Source: Hypanus sabinus (lineage: Eukaryota). Taken from it: a stretch of 64,000 nt of DNA. Positions 39,741 through 53,355 of this stretch are shown here, one piece after another. Both the position numbers and the translations under genes were made by a program. How positions within the stretch are numbered: the stretch's first letter is position 1; each line of letters starts with the position of its first letter. The stretch covers positions 194,804,001 through 194,868,000 of the forward strand of contig NC_082707.1 of the NCBI RefSeq assembly GCF_030144855.1. Direction: 5' to 3'. Below the pieces are notes generated by a model. That model searched no databases and was not told the origin of the DNA. It saw nothing but the letters and a program-made list of their open reading frames with translations.

Positions 39741-40009
39741 CTCCACCATTTCCCTGAATCAGCAGTTCAATCTATCCTAATAATCCTAAGAATACGGGAC
39801 TAATTACCACATCTGACATGCTAGAAGAAAGCCATGTCTCATTTAAGCATTGAACACAATAATCTCTTATTTCCCTCCGATACAGCAATCTTGCCCTCAG
39901 GTCCTCAATTTTGTGCTCCAGCAACTGCACATTTGCTTACAAGAGATTGGGCAGAGGGGCCTCATTCCTTTACGTTTCAGCCTGGCTTGGAACCACCCCC
40001 CCCCCCCAC

Positions 40010-40097
40010 CTCGCTTCCTGTCATGGTGATGAGCCTTTGTCCACTTAAAGGTATTGCGTTTGCTTGGTCCGCCAAATCTTTCAGAAAATCATGAAAT
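40010..40097 (-). CDS. Internal coding exon of unidentified host gene ((R)FHDFLKDLADQANAIPLSGQRLITMTGSE)
   Basis: Acceptor 'aatgttctacag|A', donor 'GAG|gtgggg'; 88 nt, phase 2 to 0, completing the Arg codon from the 45708 exon. Confidence 0.6.
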
Positions 40098-40189
40098 CTG
40101 TAGAACATTGTCAATTTAAAAGTACATTGCTTAAAAGGATATTACATGCTGCAGATCGCAGTGAGAGTAATTCGAAAGATGTATATTTG

Positions 40190-40612
40190 GAAGTCCTCCA
40201 ACAGGACCACAACATTCTCATCATTTGGAGGCTTGAGTGCCTCAGTGACCTAGAGAGCTATACTGGCTGGAGTCAATGTTTATGCTTTGGCTCTTGGTAG
40301 GGTCACACATGCCAAACAGGTCAAAGGGTAGAGGCCAGACTAAGAGTGATCCACCAATCCTCCAGGTTTGGGGATTCAGCTCAGGGCTAACAACCCTGAT
40401 TGTCAAACAAAGCCATTACAGAGAATGCAATGAAGAATCCTTCTACACCTGTGTAGAACAGTATTCCTGAGTCTCCGCCTGGGACTTGTGTGACTGGCAG
40501 TAAACCTAGAGGAAGCTATTGGCATGATGATGGAAACTGTGAGCACCGCCAGAGAAGGAGGACCTTCACTGCTGCCCTAAAGACCATCGGCGTAATGGGC
40601 AAACGAAGAAGA
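40190..40612 (+). mobile_element. Short non-autonomous RTE-derived element
   Basis: RTE-like 5' end and (gaa)n tail; second copy at 243-650. Confidence 0.55.
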
Positions 40613-41004
40613 ATATTTGGATGTATTGTATGTATCCCACAGAACGTCATCGTGGTCCGCCAGCTCCACCTTGTCAGTATCAAGAGCTTTCGTAAGAATT
40701 GGAAAGGGTCAGAGTGTTGTGTACAGTTCTGTTGCCACACTACATGAAGGAGGTCATAGAGTTACAGAGCTGTACATCACAGAAACAAGCCCACTGTGGC
40801 TATACCAACCACTATGCCTATCTCTGCATTAACTCTGTATCCCTCTCAAAGCCCAATTTAGTCAAATACCTGTTCAGATGCTTCTTAACTGTTAGAAAAA
40901 GAGAAGTGAATTGCAATCTGTTAATAATAACTACACCTGATCTCACCACTGTAGAGGTGACTCTACTGCAATAGCAAATAAAACACAGCTAGTGGGTTTT
41001 GTGG

Positions 41005-41460
41005 TAGCAACAGAGAGGGTGCAGAAGAGATTCACCAAGATGTTGCCTCGAAAGGAGGGCTGAGAAAGCCTGGGTTTATTCTCACTGTAATGCTGGAGAC
41101 TGAAAAGGACCTTATAAAGGTTTATAAAAATACAAAGAGCATAGATGAAATAGGCAGAGACTTTTTCCAAGGACAGGGTGACAAGAACAAGTGGACAGAG
41201 TTTGAAGTGAGAGGCGAGAAATTTAAAAGAGAGCTAAAGGTTAGGTCTCTCACAAAGAAGGCTGGTGAATATCTGGGATGAATGCTGGAGGAGGTGGTGG
41301 AGGCAGATAAAATTATAACTTTTGAAAGACATTTGCATTGACATGTGAATAGAAAAGGTACAGAGGGATCTGAGCCGATTGCAGGCAAATGGAATTAGTG
41401 CAGATAAACACTGCAGTTGGCAAGGTTAGGTTCTGCTGAGTACAACTCTATGGTTTTGTG
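41005..41460 (+). mobile_element. CR1-type LINE 3' fragment
   Basis: 'gagagggtgcagaagagattcaccaagatgttgcct', 'DLIKVYK'. Confidence 0.75.
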
Positions 41461-41747
41461 ATCCATGCCAGAACATTTTCAGATTGAAAGGGAAATTGGA
41501 ACGGAGGAAAGAATGCTCATTTTAGGATAGAATGTGAGAGATGACAAATGCATTGATGAACCAAGACAAAAATAAATCGTAATGTGGGAGACAAAGAAAC
41601 AAAACATTTGTCCAGAGGAGCTGCAACTGTGAGAAACTGAATCTTTCTTCTGAAATTGCTGAACTTAAGTCCTGAGAAACTGAAAGGTGGTTCTGTGAAC
41701 TTGCATTGCAGGTTGAGGGAGGCTGATGACAGGGAGGTCAAAGAAGG

Positions 41748-42099
41748 TGTTACGCACCCAACCATGGCAGCCTCCAGATTTTAGACGCTCTGATCCTCCA
41801 GAGTATGGAGAGCTGACGCTGTCCCTTTCAAGATTCTGGCCCACTCCGCTAATAAGTGGCCATGTTTTGGCACCAAGATTTGGATACTTACAGAGCAAAT
41901 TATAGAGCATTTACAGAACTCAGGTTCTGTCTGCGATTGTGTTTGAGATTTCTGTCTTGTCTGGATTCTCATCTGATCTCATCAGGTTCTCATCTAACAT
42001 CTAGTCAAGAACCCTTTGTCTCAAAACCATGTCTCGATTCTCGTCTTATATACTCCAACACATGAATCTTTATCATCCTCGCCTAGGCCTCTCATCACA
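41748..42099. mobile_element. Solo LTR (352 bp) with 5-bp TSD GAAGG
   Basis: TGTTACG...CATCACA flanked by gaagg/gaagg. Confidence 0.75.
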
Positions 42100-42484
42100 G
42101 AAGGAATGGGACACAGAATTATCCTGGCAGACTCAGGCTTGGGGTTACTTTTGCAAATATTTGGAGGTGTCCTGCAAACTGGATACAATAAATATGTTTG
42201 TTCTCCCTGTTGCATATTGCAATCAGCAGATAAATTTAAAAAGTACAAAAAAAATCACAGTTTAGTATTTGGAGGCCAAATAGAGTGTGAGGGGAGGTGT
42301 TATTAAGCTGGAATATTCCAATGGAAGGGTATAATTACAGACTGTAATTAAGTTTTACATTTTGCAGCCTTCCAGACTGAGCAATGAGCTCAACAGTTTC
42401 AGATATTGTCCAGGATTTTAAAGACAAATGAAAAAATTCCACAGCAATCAGTCAGTATTTCCCATTTAAATGCCAGCAGCCATA

Positions 42485-43505
42485 GGATTCACCAAGCTGA
42501 AATAATTCATCAGTCTATAAAACTCTGGTTAGACCACATTCAGAGTACTGTACACACTTCTGCTCTCCTCATTATAGGAAGGATGTGGAAGCTTTAGAGA
42601 GGGTGCAGATGAAATTTACCAGGATGCTGCCAGGATTGGAGAGCATATTTTATGGGGTAGATTGTGTGAGCTAGGGCTTTTCTCTTTGGAGCAAAGAAGG
42701 ATGAGAGCAGGTGTTCCCTGCCATAGACCAATGCCATTAAATAAGGGATCCATGGACCCCTGGATGAGAGGTAATTTGACAGAACTGTACAAGATGATAA
42801 GAGGCATAGAAACATAGAAAACCTACAGCACAATGCAGGCCCTTCGGCCCACAAAGCTGTGCCGGACGTGTCCTTACCTTAGAACTACCTAGGCTTATCA
42901 ATAGCCCTCTATTTTTCTAAGCGTGTACCCATCCAGGAATCTCTTAGAAGACCCTATTGTTTCCACCTCCACCACCACCGTCAGCAACCCATTCTACGCA
43001 CTCACCACTCTCTGTGTAAAAAACTTACTCCAACATCTCCTCTATACCTGCTTCCAAGCACCTTAAAACCATGCCTTCTCGTGTTAGTCATTTCAGCCCT
43101 GGGAAAAAGCCTCTGAATATCCTCACGATTAATGCCTCTCATCATCTTGTACACCTCTATCAGGTCAACTCTCATCCTCCGTCAGATAGATAGAGAGAAC
43201 AGCCAGAGACATTTTCCCAGGGTGGAAATAGCTAATGCGAGGGGCCTTAACTATAAGGTTCTTGCAGGAATGGATAGGGCAGGTATGTCTGAGGTAGTTT
43301 TTTTTTTCACACAGAGAGTGGTAGTTGCAAGGAATGTGTTGCCAGGGCTTGTGGTAGAGGCAATTACATTAGGAACATTTAAGAGACTCTTTGGTAGGCA
43401 TATTAATAAAAGAAAAATGGAGGGCTATGTGGGAGAGAAGGTTTAGAATGATCTTTGAGTATGTTAAAGGGTCAGCACATTGTGGGCTGAAGGGCCTGTA
43501 CTGAG
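42485..43505 (+). mobile_element. CR1-type 3' end containing an antisense CR1 3' fragment (~42808-43182)
   Basis: 'FFTQRVVVARNVLP...TFKRLFG'; inner fragment begins 'agaaacatagaaaacctacagcacaat'. Confidence 0.75.
42708..42762. mobile_element. 55-bp hAT-type MITE with 8-bp TSD GATGAGAG
   Basis: CAGG...CCTG termini; gatgagag at 42700-42707 and 42763-42770. Confidence 0.7.
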
Positions 43506-44575
43506 ATTTACGTTAATCTATTTGTCATTTATTAATTCCCATCCTACACCCTAACATGGACTTTAATCCTAGTTCTTTCATCTAAAGAGGCGTGTGCTGA
43601 ATTTACTGACAGCTGTTTTCCAGGAAGCCTTTGAGCCCTCTCTGATGAGACATGGGCCCTCCAGTGAAGCACAAATCTGCAGCAGCTCCCCATGAATCAC
43701 ACTGGGGAATCTGTTTGAGAACAGTCTGCCTCAGCGTGGAACTAGTACAGCACTACCATATCCATTCATTCCAATGAAGAGCAAGTTGCAGGGAACTATG
43801 GCAAACTTCAGTTAATTTACAATATTTTAATTGTTTTACTTCATTTAAATAAATTTAATCATCTTAAGTCCTTAAACAAAGTACATAAGATACTGAATTT
43901 TGAATTAAGTCTTTAAAATACCACTAAATATTTAAATTCCTTTTATTTCAATCACCGCAAATCCTGAGTTTTTGGTTGTTTTAATCTCATTTAGACTCAC
44001 TCTTTGTGTCTTGTCATATTAAAATTCCCTTCTTGCCTGTTACAATCATCCACATTGTCATTTAATCTTTCCAATAAAAAGCCTTTCTTTTCATTCTCAG
44101 CATTCTCAGCATTTTCTGGTTATACCAGCTGGATGCTTTTTTTGTCCCGTCGCAGTGTTAATCATTCTCTAATAGGTTGTTGGTTATAGGTTAAAGTGGG
44201 TTAAGATAGTGTAGTGGTTGAATTACTGAATCAGGAACTGGAGTTCTGGATCATGAACACAAATTTCATCGAGGAGGAATACATATCTGAGTTATTGAGT
44301 ATTATTTCCTCCGCTATTAACTAAGATTATTTGGAGAATTAACAAAATTAGTTTAAATGGGCAGTTGATGGTTTTAGGAAACGTTTTCCCCTCAGTCATC
44401 AGATTTCTGAATGGTCCATGAACCCATGAACTCTGCCTCATTATTTTGCTCTCTTTTTACACTACTTATTTATATCTCTTGTTGTAACTTATAGCAATGT
44501 ATTTTGTGAAATGCATTGTACTGCTGCCACAAAACAACAAATTACACGACATATATCAGTGATAATACTGTCACA

Positions 44576-44830
44576 GGGTAACATGGTAGCCTAGAGGTCA
44601 GCACAACACTTTACAGCACCCGCAACCTGGGTTCAATTCCTGCCATGGCAAACTGTAAGGACTGTGAGTACGTTTTCCCCATGACTGCGTGGATTTCCTC
44701 TGGGTGCTCTGGTTTCCTCCCACATTCCAAAGATGTGCCGTCTGCTAGGTTAATTGATCATTGTAAATTGTCCACGATTACTGGGCAGCATGGCTCAAAA
44801 TGCCAGACAGGCCGATTCTCAATAAATAAA
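44576..44830 (+). mobile_element. tRNA-derived V-SINE (HE1-like)
   Basis: A box 'tggtagcctagagg', B box 'gggttcaattcc', V-domain 'tgcgtggatttcctctgggtgctctggtttcctcccaca'. Confidence 0.8.
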
Positions 44831-45707
44831 ATTTTAAAAATAATAAACCTGATGCTAATTCTGTGGGTTGAAGGGCTGTTTCCATGGCATATATCTCAAC
44901 TAAATACGATTTAAAATACTAGCTCATTGTGGGCTAAAGGGCCTATACAGAGCTCTACTGTTCTATGTTAGACCATTTGTGTGGATAGTTTTGGAATGAC
45001 TACATTGTCTTATAAAGCCATCTGGTTTACTGGATTATCAGAGAGAAAAAAATCTGTTGTCCTTAATCAGTCCAGCCTATATCTGACTCTGGATTCAATA
45101 ATGTGATTGGCACTTAAATGCCTGAGCAGTTCAGGAACAGAAAATAAATACTGCCATTGCCAGCAAAGTCCACAATGTTCACAGTCTACCATTTGTAAAA
45201 AAAATACAGACAGGTTTAAAGGAAATATTGGTTGTTATTTTTAACTCTATTAGCAATTATCTAATTAAATCTGTAGAATGTTTTGTAATGGGCAATTTAA
45301 CATCACGATAAATGGGTGAGCTGTACATTATGGTAGAAAAATAAATATTGTTTAGAACATTTAGAGGCTAAATTGGGCATAAGAAGAGGACTGCAATGGA
45401 CGCTAGTGTTTTTGTTCTAATTGTGCTTTCTCTTGTAAAATTTGTGTATAATTTATGGGTAAATTTATTTGTGTCTAAATAAGTCCCCAAAGATTTCACA
45501 ATGAATTACTTGTTGCACACACTAAAGCACATGCCAGGAAAATACCATTAACTTAAGAAATCCTGATTTCAGAAATGCTATGAATTAAGTAAAATAAATT
45601 ATTTCTAAATAGTAATGACTAAACCAGATGAGAAGTCATGCCTTAAAGCCATTAAGAGCCCACCTTGCTAAGATGAATTTGATTGCTGGTGTTTGTATTA
45701 TACTTGC

Positions 45708-45778
45708 CTCTGGTACAACAAAAGTAGAGCAGCGATGATAAACCTATCTGCTGTTGCTCTGCCTTTCCAGGTGTTCTC
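45708..45778 (-). CDS. Internal coding exon of unidentified host gene (ENTWKGRATADRFIIAALLLLYQ(R)), GC donor
   Basis: Strong acceptor 'tttttatgttctcttctcag|GAG'; donor 'CAGAG|gcaagt' (GC-AG consensus); 71 nt, phase 0 to 2. Confidence 0.6.
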
Positions 45779-46859
45779 CTGAGAAGAGAACATAAAAATC
45801 CAAGCTGCTCTAACAATGCCATGCTGACAGACGTCTGCGTTATCACCAGAACTATGTTCTGAATGACATATCCAAATTAAGTTCAAGTTTACTGTCATTC
45901 AACCGTATACATGTATACCGCCAAACTTTCTGCTGGACAATAAACTGTAACTCTCACACAATTCATAAAATAATATGACCACAAATAAATCAAAAATAAT
46001 AAAATATATTCCAGAAAGATTGACATTTAGCATAAGATGAATGTACCTTATGAATTTTTGCTGGTGGGGGAGGGGGAAACTGGGGGGCATGCTTTGGGAT
46101 TCTAACATTTAACTGTCATTCATTCTTTACGGCACTCCCCTGTTTTCGTAGATGGTTGTGAAGAAAAAGAATTTCAGGGTGTATATTGTATACATTTCTC
46201 TGACAGTAAATGTACCTTTGAAAGCTTTAATTCACGTTAATTATCATTGATTGACATACAGTAGGTCATGAAGCTTCTTATTTTGCAGCAACAGTAAAGT
46301 GCAATACATAAAAATGTACTATAACTTATAGTAAGAAATATATATTTTAAAAATCACTTAATTGGGGCAAAAAGAGAGCAAAGGTTTTGAGGAAGTGTTC
46401 GAGTTCAGAAATCTGATGGCAGAGGAGAAGAAGCCCTCATTCCAAACGGACGATGAAATTACATTAAATTTACGCCAAGGTAACATCTAAATTATGCAAT
46501 GTGTTACTGTTTTGTACACACTACCCACTGTAGCATGCTCTTGGAATTATATTATAGTTAATTTTGAAATCCAACAAGAGTATTCTCCAAATGCTACCTG
46601 TAGGTTACCCTCCAGGTACTGTAGTCCAGCCAGTGTGTTATTCTGTAGGTACAGACTTCAGTTTATCTATTAGGTTCCAGGAGATACCATCTGTTGTAAA
46701 AGAGCCATAGAAGCATGCAGCTCAGTAATAGGCCATTTGGTCCATCTACCCTCCAAATCACATGCTGTCCTGATTCAGACATTTATCACTAGATCTTCAA
46801 CTATGGATTCCCTATTTAACCACACTGTAGGAGTACCTTCATTGGAAGGACAATCATTA

Positions 46860-47200
46860 CCATCATTATGTGCCGTGCTGACATTGGTGATCGTGGTCTT
46901 GACCATGATTGATCTTGCAAAGTTTTTCGACAGACGTGGTTTGCCATTACTTTCTTCTGGGCAGTGTCTTTACAAGATGGGGGACTCCAGCCATTATCAA
47001 TACTCTTCAGAGGTTGTCTGCCTGGTGTCAGCAGTCGCATAACCGGGGCTTGTGATCTGAACCGGCTGCTCATACGACCGTCCACCACCTGCCCCCGTGG
47101 CTTCACATGACCTTGATCAGAGGGGTGAGGAGCTAAGCTGGTGTTACACCTTGCCCAGGATGACCTTCAGGCCTGTGGAAAAGGAGTGCCTTACACTTCC
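46860..47200 (-). mobile_element. Short non-autonomous RTE/BovA-like element
   Basis: Reverse complement of 13030-13362. Confidence 0.65.
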
Positions 47201-50200
47201 CTTGGAGGGACACAAGCAGTTCAAAATGGTGGCTCACAACCTTTTTCCGGAAGGCATTGAGGGCTGGACAATGAATGTTGGCCTTGCCAGTGGCACCCAG
47301 ATCCCAAATTGTACATAAATAAATTAGAAATGAAAACAGGAATGCTGGAAATACTCAGTGGGTCAGGCAGCATATTTGGAGAGAGAAACAAAGTTATCAT
47401 TTCTGATTACTGACCTTGCATCAGAACTGTGGACATTTAGACAGCATGAATGTTTCATGTTGGAGAGAAGAGGGAAGGATGAGAAAAGAGAACAAAGGAA
47501 TAGAGTGGATCTACGTCATGCTTTCTACATTGGTCTCCACCCTGTCACAGATATTCCCATTGTTTCTCCCCCCTCACCTGAAAATACAAGATGCCTGTCT
47601 TCCCAAACTTCTAATCATTTTGAAATTATTACTGATGAGATAATTACTGAAAATTACTGTTGACTCCACCTACCCTGGTAATCACCTATTAATCAAATTT
47701 CTATCAGGGAGACGCTACAAGTCCATCACCACCAGGACAACACATCATCATCTCTGAGGCTTCTTTAGCTATCCAGCTTCTCAACAAAATTCACTCAGGG
47801 GTAATATCTTAACAGACCCTGCACAACATCCATTAAATGGTTTTCCTTGCTCTCCTTGTCCTGGTGATAATTATTGCATCTGTTCATATGTTCACATGTA
47901 TTTAAATTTGTGCACGTGACTATTCCGCTAATTGTTGATTGCTCTTGGCTGGCTGCACTATTGTCTTGAAAATTGTTGATTGCTATTATGTTGTTAGTTG
48001 CGGTATTGTCCTCTGTTTTAGGCTTGGCATTGAATCACAATCAACTCTGGTATATTTCACACAGTGGCACTAAAGTGATTCTGAGATATATCTGAGATAT
48101 AAATGATTCCTCCAGATGCTACCTGACCTGCCATGTATTTCCAGCATCTTCTGTTTTTATTCTAGTCTATATATGTTATCTTTAACACCATTTAACCACT
48201 GGGCTTGCTCTGGTACAAAACTGACAACTATTACATTACGTTTTAATAATCAGTGCTTTAGCTAAGGCTGAATGATTGACTGGAGTTCACATCAAAGGGC
48301 TTTCTCTTTGACCATTACTCATAACTACAAATAATTATCACTCTCGTAAGACAATTAGCATTGTAACATAAATTACCCTTCTGTGTCTTCAAGCTCTAAG
48401 AACCTTTTAACACCAAAGCCAAAACCAGTCTCTCAAAAGCCTGTTCATATGTATGGGTGTACATAAGTCGAGCATTGATAACCTGACACTGTCTTCTCCA
48501 ACCTCCTTACCTTCTTATTATTGTTTCCTCTACCAAGGTACAGTGAGAAGCTTTGTTTTGCATGCCATCCACACATCACAACAGTGCATTGAAATAGTAC
48601 AAGGGAAAATAGTTACAGAAGGCAATATAATTTTAAGGTTACAGTGCAGTGGCGGCAGACAATAAATTACAAGGCCATGATGAGGTAGACAGAGAGATCA
48701 CAAATCCACCTCATTGTAAAGGGGACTTATCAATAGTTTTATAGCTGCAATATAGAAGCTGATCTTGAGCCCGGTGGTATATCCCTTCAGGCTTTTGTAT
48801 CTTCGGCCCAATAGGAGTGGGTGAAGAGAGAAGGTTTCACATTTATTTCACTTACCAATTACACAATTTTCTTTCCACAACAATATACATTTAGTATTAC
48901 AGTGGGATTTGAAATCACGTTTGTCCAGATATCCTCATCCTGCAATAAGACCACTACACTACATGCTGTAGATTAGGTTGTGCGAAGATTTCAGAAGAAG
49001 CAAGCTTGGGTTTTAGAGCATTTCATTCACATGTTTTCTTAGCCCAAAGAGGAAAACATTGAATATTGTTGAGGCGCGTTGAGAACACGGTCTGTCTCAG
49101 ATCCAAGTTCCTGTCTGAGACAGTCAAGGAGATGTCAGTTAATAGACTGATCCTACTTGACAAGTTTAAAATTATGTAATAAAAAAGGTCCAGAAACAAC
49201 GGACTAATGTCAAATTCAATGGGCCAAAATCAACTGTTATGATATTTATATATGCTGCCCATTAAATTTCAAATAAACAGTTACAATTATCATTACTAGA
49301 ACCCTATGTCGACATTAGATAACATTAGTTGAACTTAAGTTTCCTAAGAAAACTCACAAAATAAAAATTCATCACAATGTGGATTTTAGGAACAGTTTCT
49401 TTTATTAAGATAGAAACATTGGGAGTTTATTTGCCAAAAATTTCATTTATAAAAATAAACAATTCATTTGTTGCTTGACCAATGTCATTACTGTCAAAAG
49501 TAGAAGTGCCTAACTTTTATTTTCATATCTAAAAGAAAACAAACATTTCAAAATTGAACTTCTTTGAAATACTTAATCACCAAATTACGAGGTTAAAGTT
49601 TAGCCAAAGTAAATTATACCAGCCATCATTTCTGGGTGAAATCATGTATATTGCTAAATTGAACCAGGCGTTTTTGCGGTTAATTCATGTAAGCGTGACC
49701 AACCCATTTGCACATCAAACATCCTCGAACTGATATTATTCACCTAAAACTCATCCCACCAATGTGTCATAAATTCATAAACCAGAGCTCAAAACCCCTT
49801 GGCACAATCATGGTGAACATGCTGAGTAGAAACCAAACCTTAGCGTTTTGGTTTACAAATTTTCTCTCTATTTAAAGGGACCCTCAGCTGTAATTGGGAA
49901 GTCAGAACTAATTGGAAGCTGCACAGGCTCCATGCAAAGTCCACAGTCTATGCTGAAGATAACGGGGAATGTATCCTCCAGATCTGAGCAGCTGACATAC
50001 TTGTTCAATGGATGTTGCCATATTTATAGAGTAGAAAAATGAATTTTGTCACGGAAGATGTCTTTATGGATGAGACAAGCCACTCAGGATATGTCAGGGT
50101 CCTTGGAGCAAATGGCAGAGGAATAGAATGAAATATGATGAACATATGATGAACAAAGTACTCAAAGGTTTAGGAAAACCAAATCTACCATGACTGAGGT

Positions 50201-50544
50201 GTGCAGTCTTCTTGAGGAGACCATCAGTGGAGTTCTTGTGTCTGAGCTGCTCTGAGATGAAGATCATGTAGATTCAGAACCTCTTCACCTCAGGATCCTG
50301 CTGAGTCCCTTCCATTCCTCTCAGTTTCCTGGTCACTTCTCAAGCAGATTTGTATCCCTCAGTGCCACAGCCATACAAAACAAAGCTGGTGACAGAGGAG
50401 GATTAGCAAAAAGGCCCCAAAGCAAGCAGCTCACCTTCTGCCTTGGCATTTGGCAGCATTACTGACTTATTATCAAAAACTCTCCAACTTCAGGTTATAT
50501 AATTTCTCTTTCTCTATCAAAATTGTCCATTTCTTCGAGTGACT

Positions 50545-50965
50545 GGTGTGTATATGTGTTGTGTCTGAGAGCATGATGTGTGTATGTTTGTGTGTGGGTG
50601 TGTCAGGGAAAGAGAATATGTTGTCTGCTGTGAGAATAGTGTGTGTGATTGTGCATGTGTATGAGAGAGTTTGTGTGTTGCATGCTGTAAGTTTAGTGTG
50701 CATGTGTGACTACATGTGTATGTGTGTGTGAGAAAATATGTGTAGTCTGAGAGAGAATACATTTGTGTCTGTGGGTGTGAGAGAGAGAGAATGTGTGTAG
50801 TGTGAGAGATAATTAGCTTGTGTGTGTGAGTATATGCATTTTCTGACAGAGAATCTGTCTGTGTGTGTGTGTCAGAATATGTGTTGTCTGAGAGAGAATC
50901 CGTGTGCCTGTGTGTATGCACGTACACATGCACGGTATTTGTGTTATGACAGTTTCTGTGAGAGT
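50545..50965. repeat. Degenerate (TG)n/(GA)n low-complexity tract
   Basis: Interrupted gtgtgt and gagaga runs. Confidence 0.85.
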
Positions 50966-51272
50966 GTCCTTGCTCCATTAGTATAGTCTGACCTGTTGGT
51001 CATGTCCCTCCTCATGCAGACAAAGAGGCATTGTCAACCTCTAACCAGCCCCCATGGACCTATTTGACTTGTACCATCTATCCTTCAACCAGCTTCCCTT
51101 CAAATTAAAACCATCATTTATCACTCTTCCCCAATTCTGACAAAATATTACAGAACTGAAATACTAAATCTGTTTCTGTATCTGCAGGTGCTGTCTGACC
51201 TGCTTAGTGTTTCCAGCATTTTCTGTTTGTAATTTGCAGATATTTTGATTTCCATTTACAATAGCCATCACC

Positions 51273-51378
51273 TACAGTACTGTGCAGAAGTCTTAGGTAC
51301 TGTACATATATATATGTACAGTACAGTACAGTACCCTATACATAACTAGGGTGCCTAGGACTTTTGCGCTGTACTGTA
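51273..51378. mobile_element. Tc1-type MITE
   Basis: TIRs 'tacagtactgtgcagaagtcttagg' and 'cctaggacttttgcgctgtactgta'. Confidence 0.65.
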
Positions 51379-51692
51379 TTTATCAACGTGGAGCGGACAG
51401 TGAGTTTGTGAATCTGGTGGGAGCAAGGGTTGTTGGGAATGGCAAGGGTGGAGAGTCATGGGTGAAGTGTGGGACAAGTGGCAGAGAAGGAGTGCCAGGG
51501 GTTGGGAGAGGCATGGGATTGGACACATCCAGCCCTGAGGCACTAGGCAAGGTCATCTGATTCTAAACAATTGGTTTATTGATCATTACAGAATGTCTCT
51601 CTGGTGCTTCCTGCTCCCTCCCCTCTCCTTTTCCCTTTTCCTTTGTTCTTGGCTTCAACTGTTCAGTGCAATACATAAAATTACTGCAAAAG

Positions 51693-51694
<2 letters not shown>

Positions 51695-51777
<83 letters not shown>
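51695..51777. repeat. (TG)n microsatellite, ~41 units, between TIR-like remnants
   Basis: Perfect gt run flanked by 'tgcaaaagtc' and 'gacttttgca'. Confidence 0.95.
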
Positions 51778-51784
<7 letters not shown>

Positions 51785-52412
51785 CTTTTGCAAAGTCCTG
51801 TACCAGTCCTCGTCATTAAAGAGACAGAGGTATATATTATGTAAATAAGTCCATCCTTATGCATACGTAGCAGTTTGAGAAGATTCTTATCTAAACTAGA
51901 CAAAACATTTTTCCCATATATGACTTTTCCCACTTAGTGTTCTGCACATTCCACTTTACTTCATTAGACACTTGGAACCTACAATGGCACATGGACACAC
52001 ATACCAGTGGCAAGAGAGGGATGTGGAAAAATTGGAAGTGTCCAAGGTAATAAATTCATTAAACACATCAGCTGCTTGATGTGTCAAAACTAAGTCTGAA
52101 AAATCAAAATGGTCAAGGTAACTTCAAAGTGCAGATTTGATCAAAGATCAAAAACGTTCAAAGTCCATTTATTATTAAAGGATTTGTATATCACCATATA
52201 CAACCTTCATGTTCATTTTCTTACAAATGTTCACAGGAAACCAAAGAAATACAATAGAATCAATTAAAAATCTATACACAAAGATGAACAAACAACCCAT
52301 GAGCAAAAGAAAACAAACTGTACATTAATAAATATGTGGATAGATAGATTGTCAGCTAGATAGTTAGAGAGAGAGATAGATAGATAGATAAATAAATTCT
52401 ATGCAGCTCATT

Positions 52413-52729
52413 GGGGTGATTGATAAGTTTGTGGCCTAAGGTAGACAGAGATGAGTTATTAATTCAAACTTCCTGCATAATTACTCAAAGAGTTGACCTG
52501 CATGTGCATGTAACAAGAGCTGTATAACTCATCTCCTTCTACCTTAGGCCACAAACATCAATCACCCCTGTTGTGGACACTTTCTGGATCTCCAAGATCT
52601 GTATGCTCCATGACTGCTGGACTAATTGTGTAAATGTAGGAGGGGACTATGTTGAAAAGTAAATGTGCTAGGTTTTCTAAAATTGACTCCTTCTACCTTG
52701 GGCCACAAACTTATCAATCACCCCTTGTA
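52413..52729. mobile_element. Second, partial copy of the mariner fold-back MITE
   Basis: Three 'ggggtgattgataagtttgtggcctaagg'-type TIRs; homologous to 19824-20150. Confidence 0.75.
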
Positions 52730-52777
52730 TGTCATTCATTGTGTGTGGCTCCTGCTAAAGCAGGAATCGTACAAGGT

Positions 52778-53082
52778 TCAGTGGTTCAAAGTATAGAACT
52801 AGTAACCTGAAGGTCACTGGTTCGAGCCTCAGCTGAGGCAGTGTGTTTGTGTCCTTGAGCAAGGCACTTAACAACACATTGCTCTGTGATGTCACCGGTG
52901 CCAAGCTGCATGGGTCCTAGTGCCCTTCCCTTGGACAACATCGGTGGCGTGGAGAGGGGACGGCCTGCAGCTTGGGCAACTGCCGGTTTCCCATACAACC
53001 CTGCCCAGGCCTGCACCCTGGAAACTCCAGGCGCAGATCCATGGTCTCTCGAGACCGACGGATGCCACCACCACCACCACCA
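52778..53082 (+). mobile_element. tRNA-derived SINE with RTE-like tail
   Basis: B box 'ggttcgagcc', 'gtgtccttgagcaaggcacttaac', (cac)n tail. Confidence 0.65.
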
Positions 53083-53355
53083 TACAACTCTGAAATTCTT
53101 CTTCTTCAGATAGTCACAAAATCAAATAAGAAAAGAACAGCAGCATGCTCATCAACCCCCAAATCTTCTCTCCCCAGATAAAAACCAAAGCAGAACAGGC
53201 ACATCGACCCCCAAAACCTCCTCCCACGCACACATTAAAATGAGGAAGATCAGATGAATAGAAAAACTGTAAGACTAAAAAATGTCTATATTCCAAGTCT
53301 GTACCCAAAATGCAGAAAACCTCAGTAACAGTCTCTGGGCATTGCAGCAGCATTC

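Noticed and set aside
44576-44650. tRNA gene
   Set aside because: A/B boxes run into a SINE body; no full cloverleaf or terminator
51563-51933. His/Thr- and Cys/Val-rich ORFs
   Set aside because: Translations of the (TG)n microsatellite
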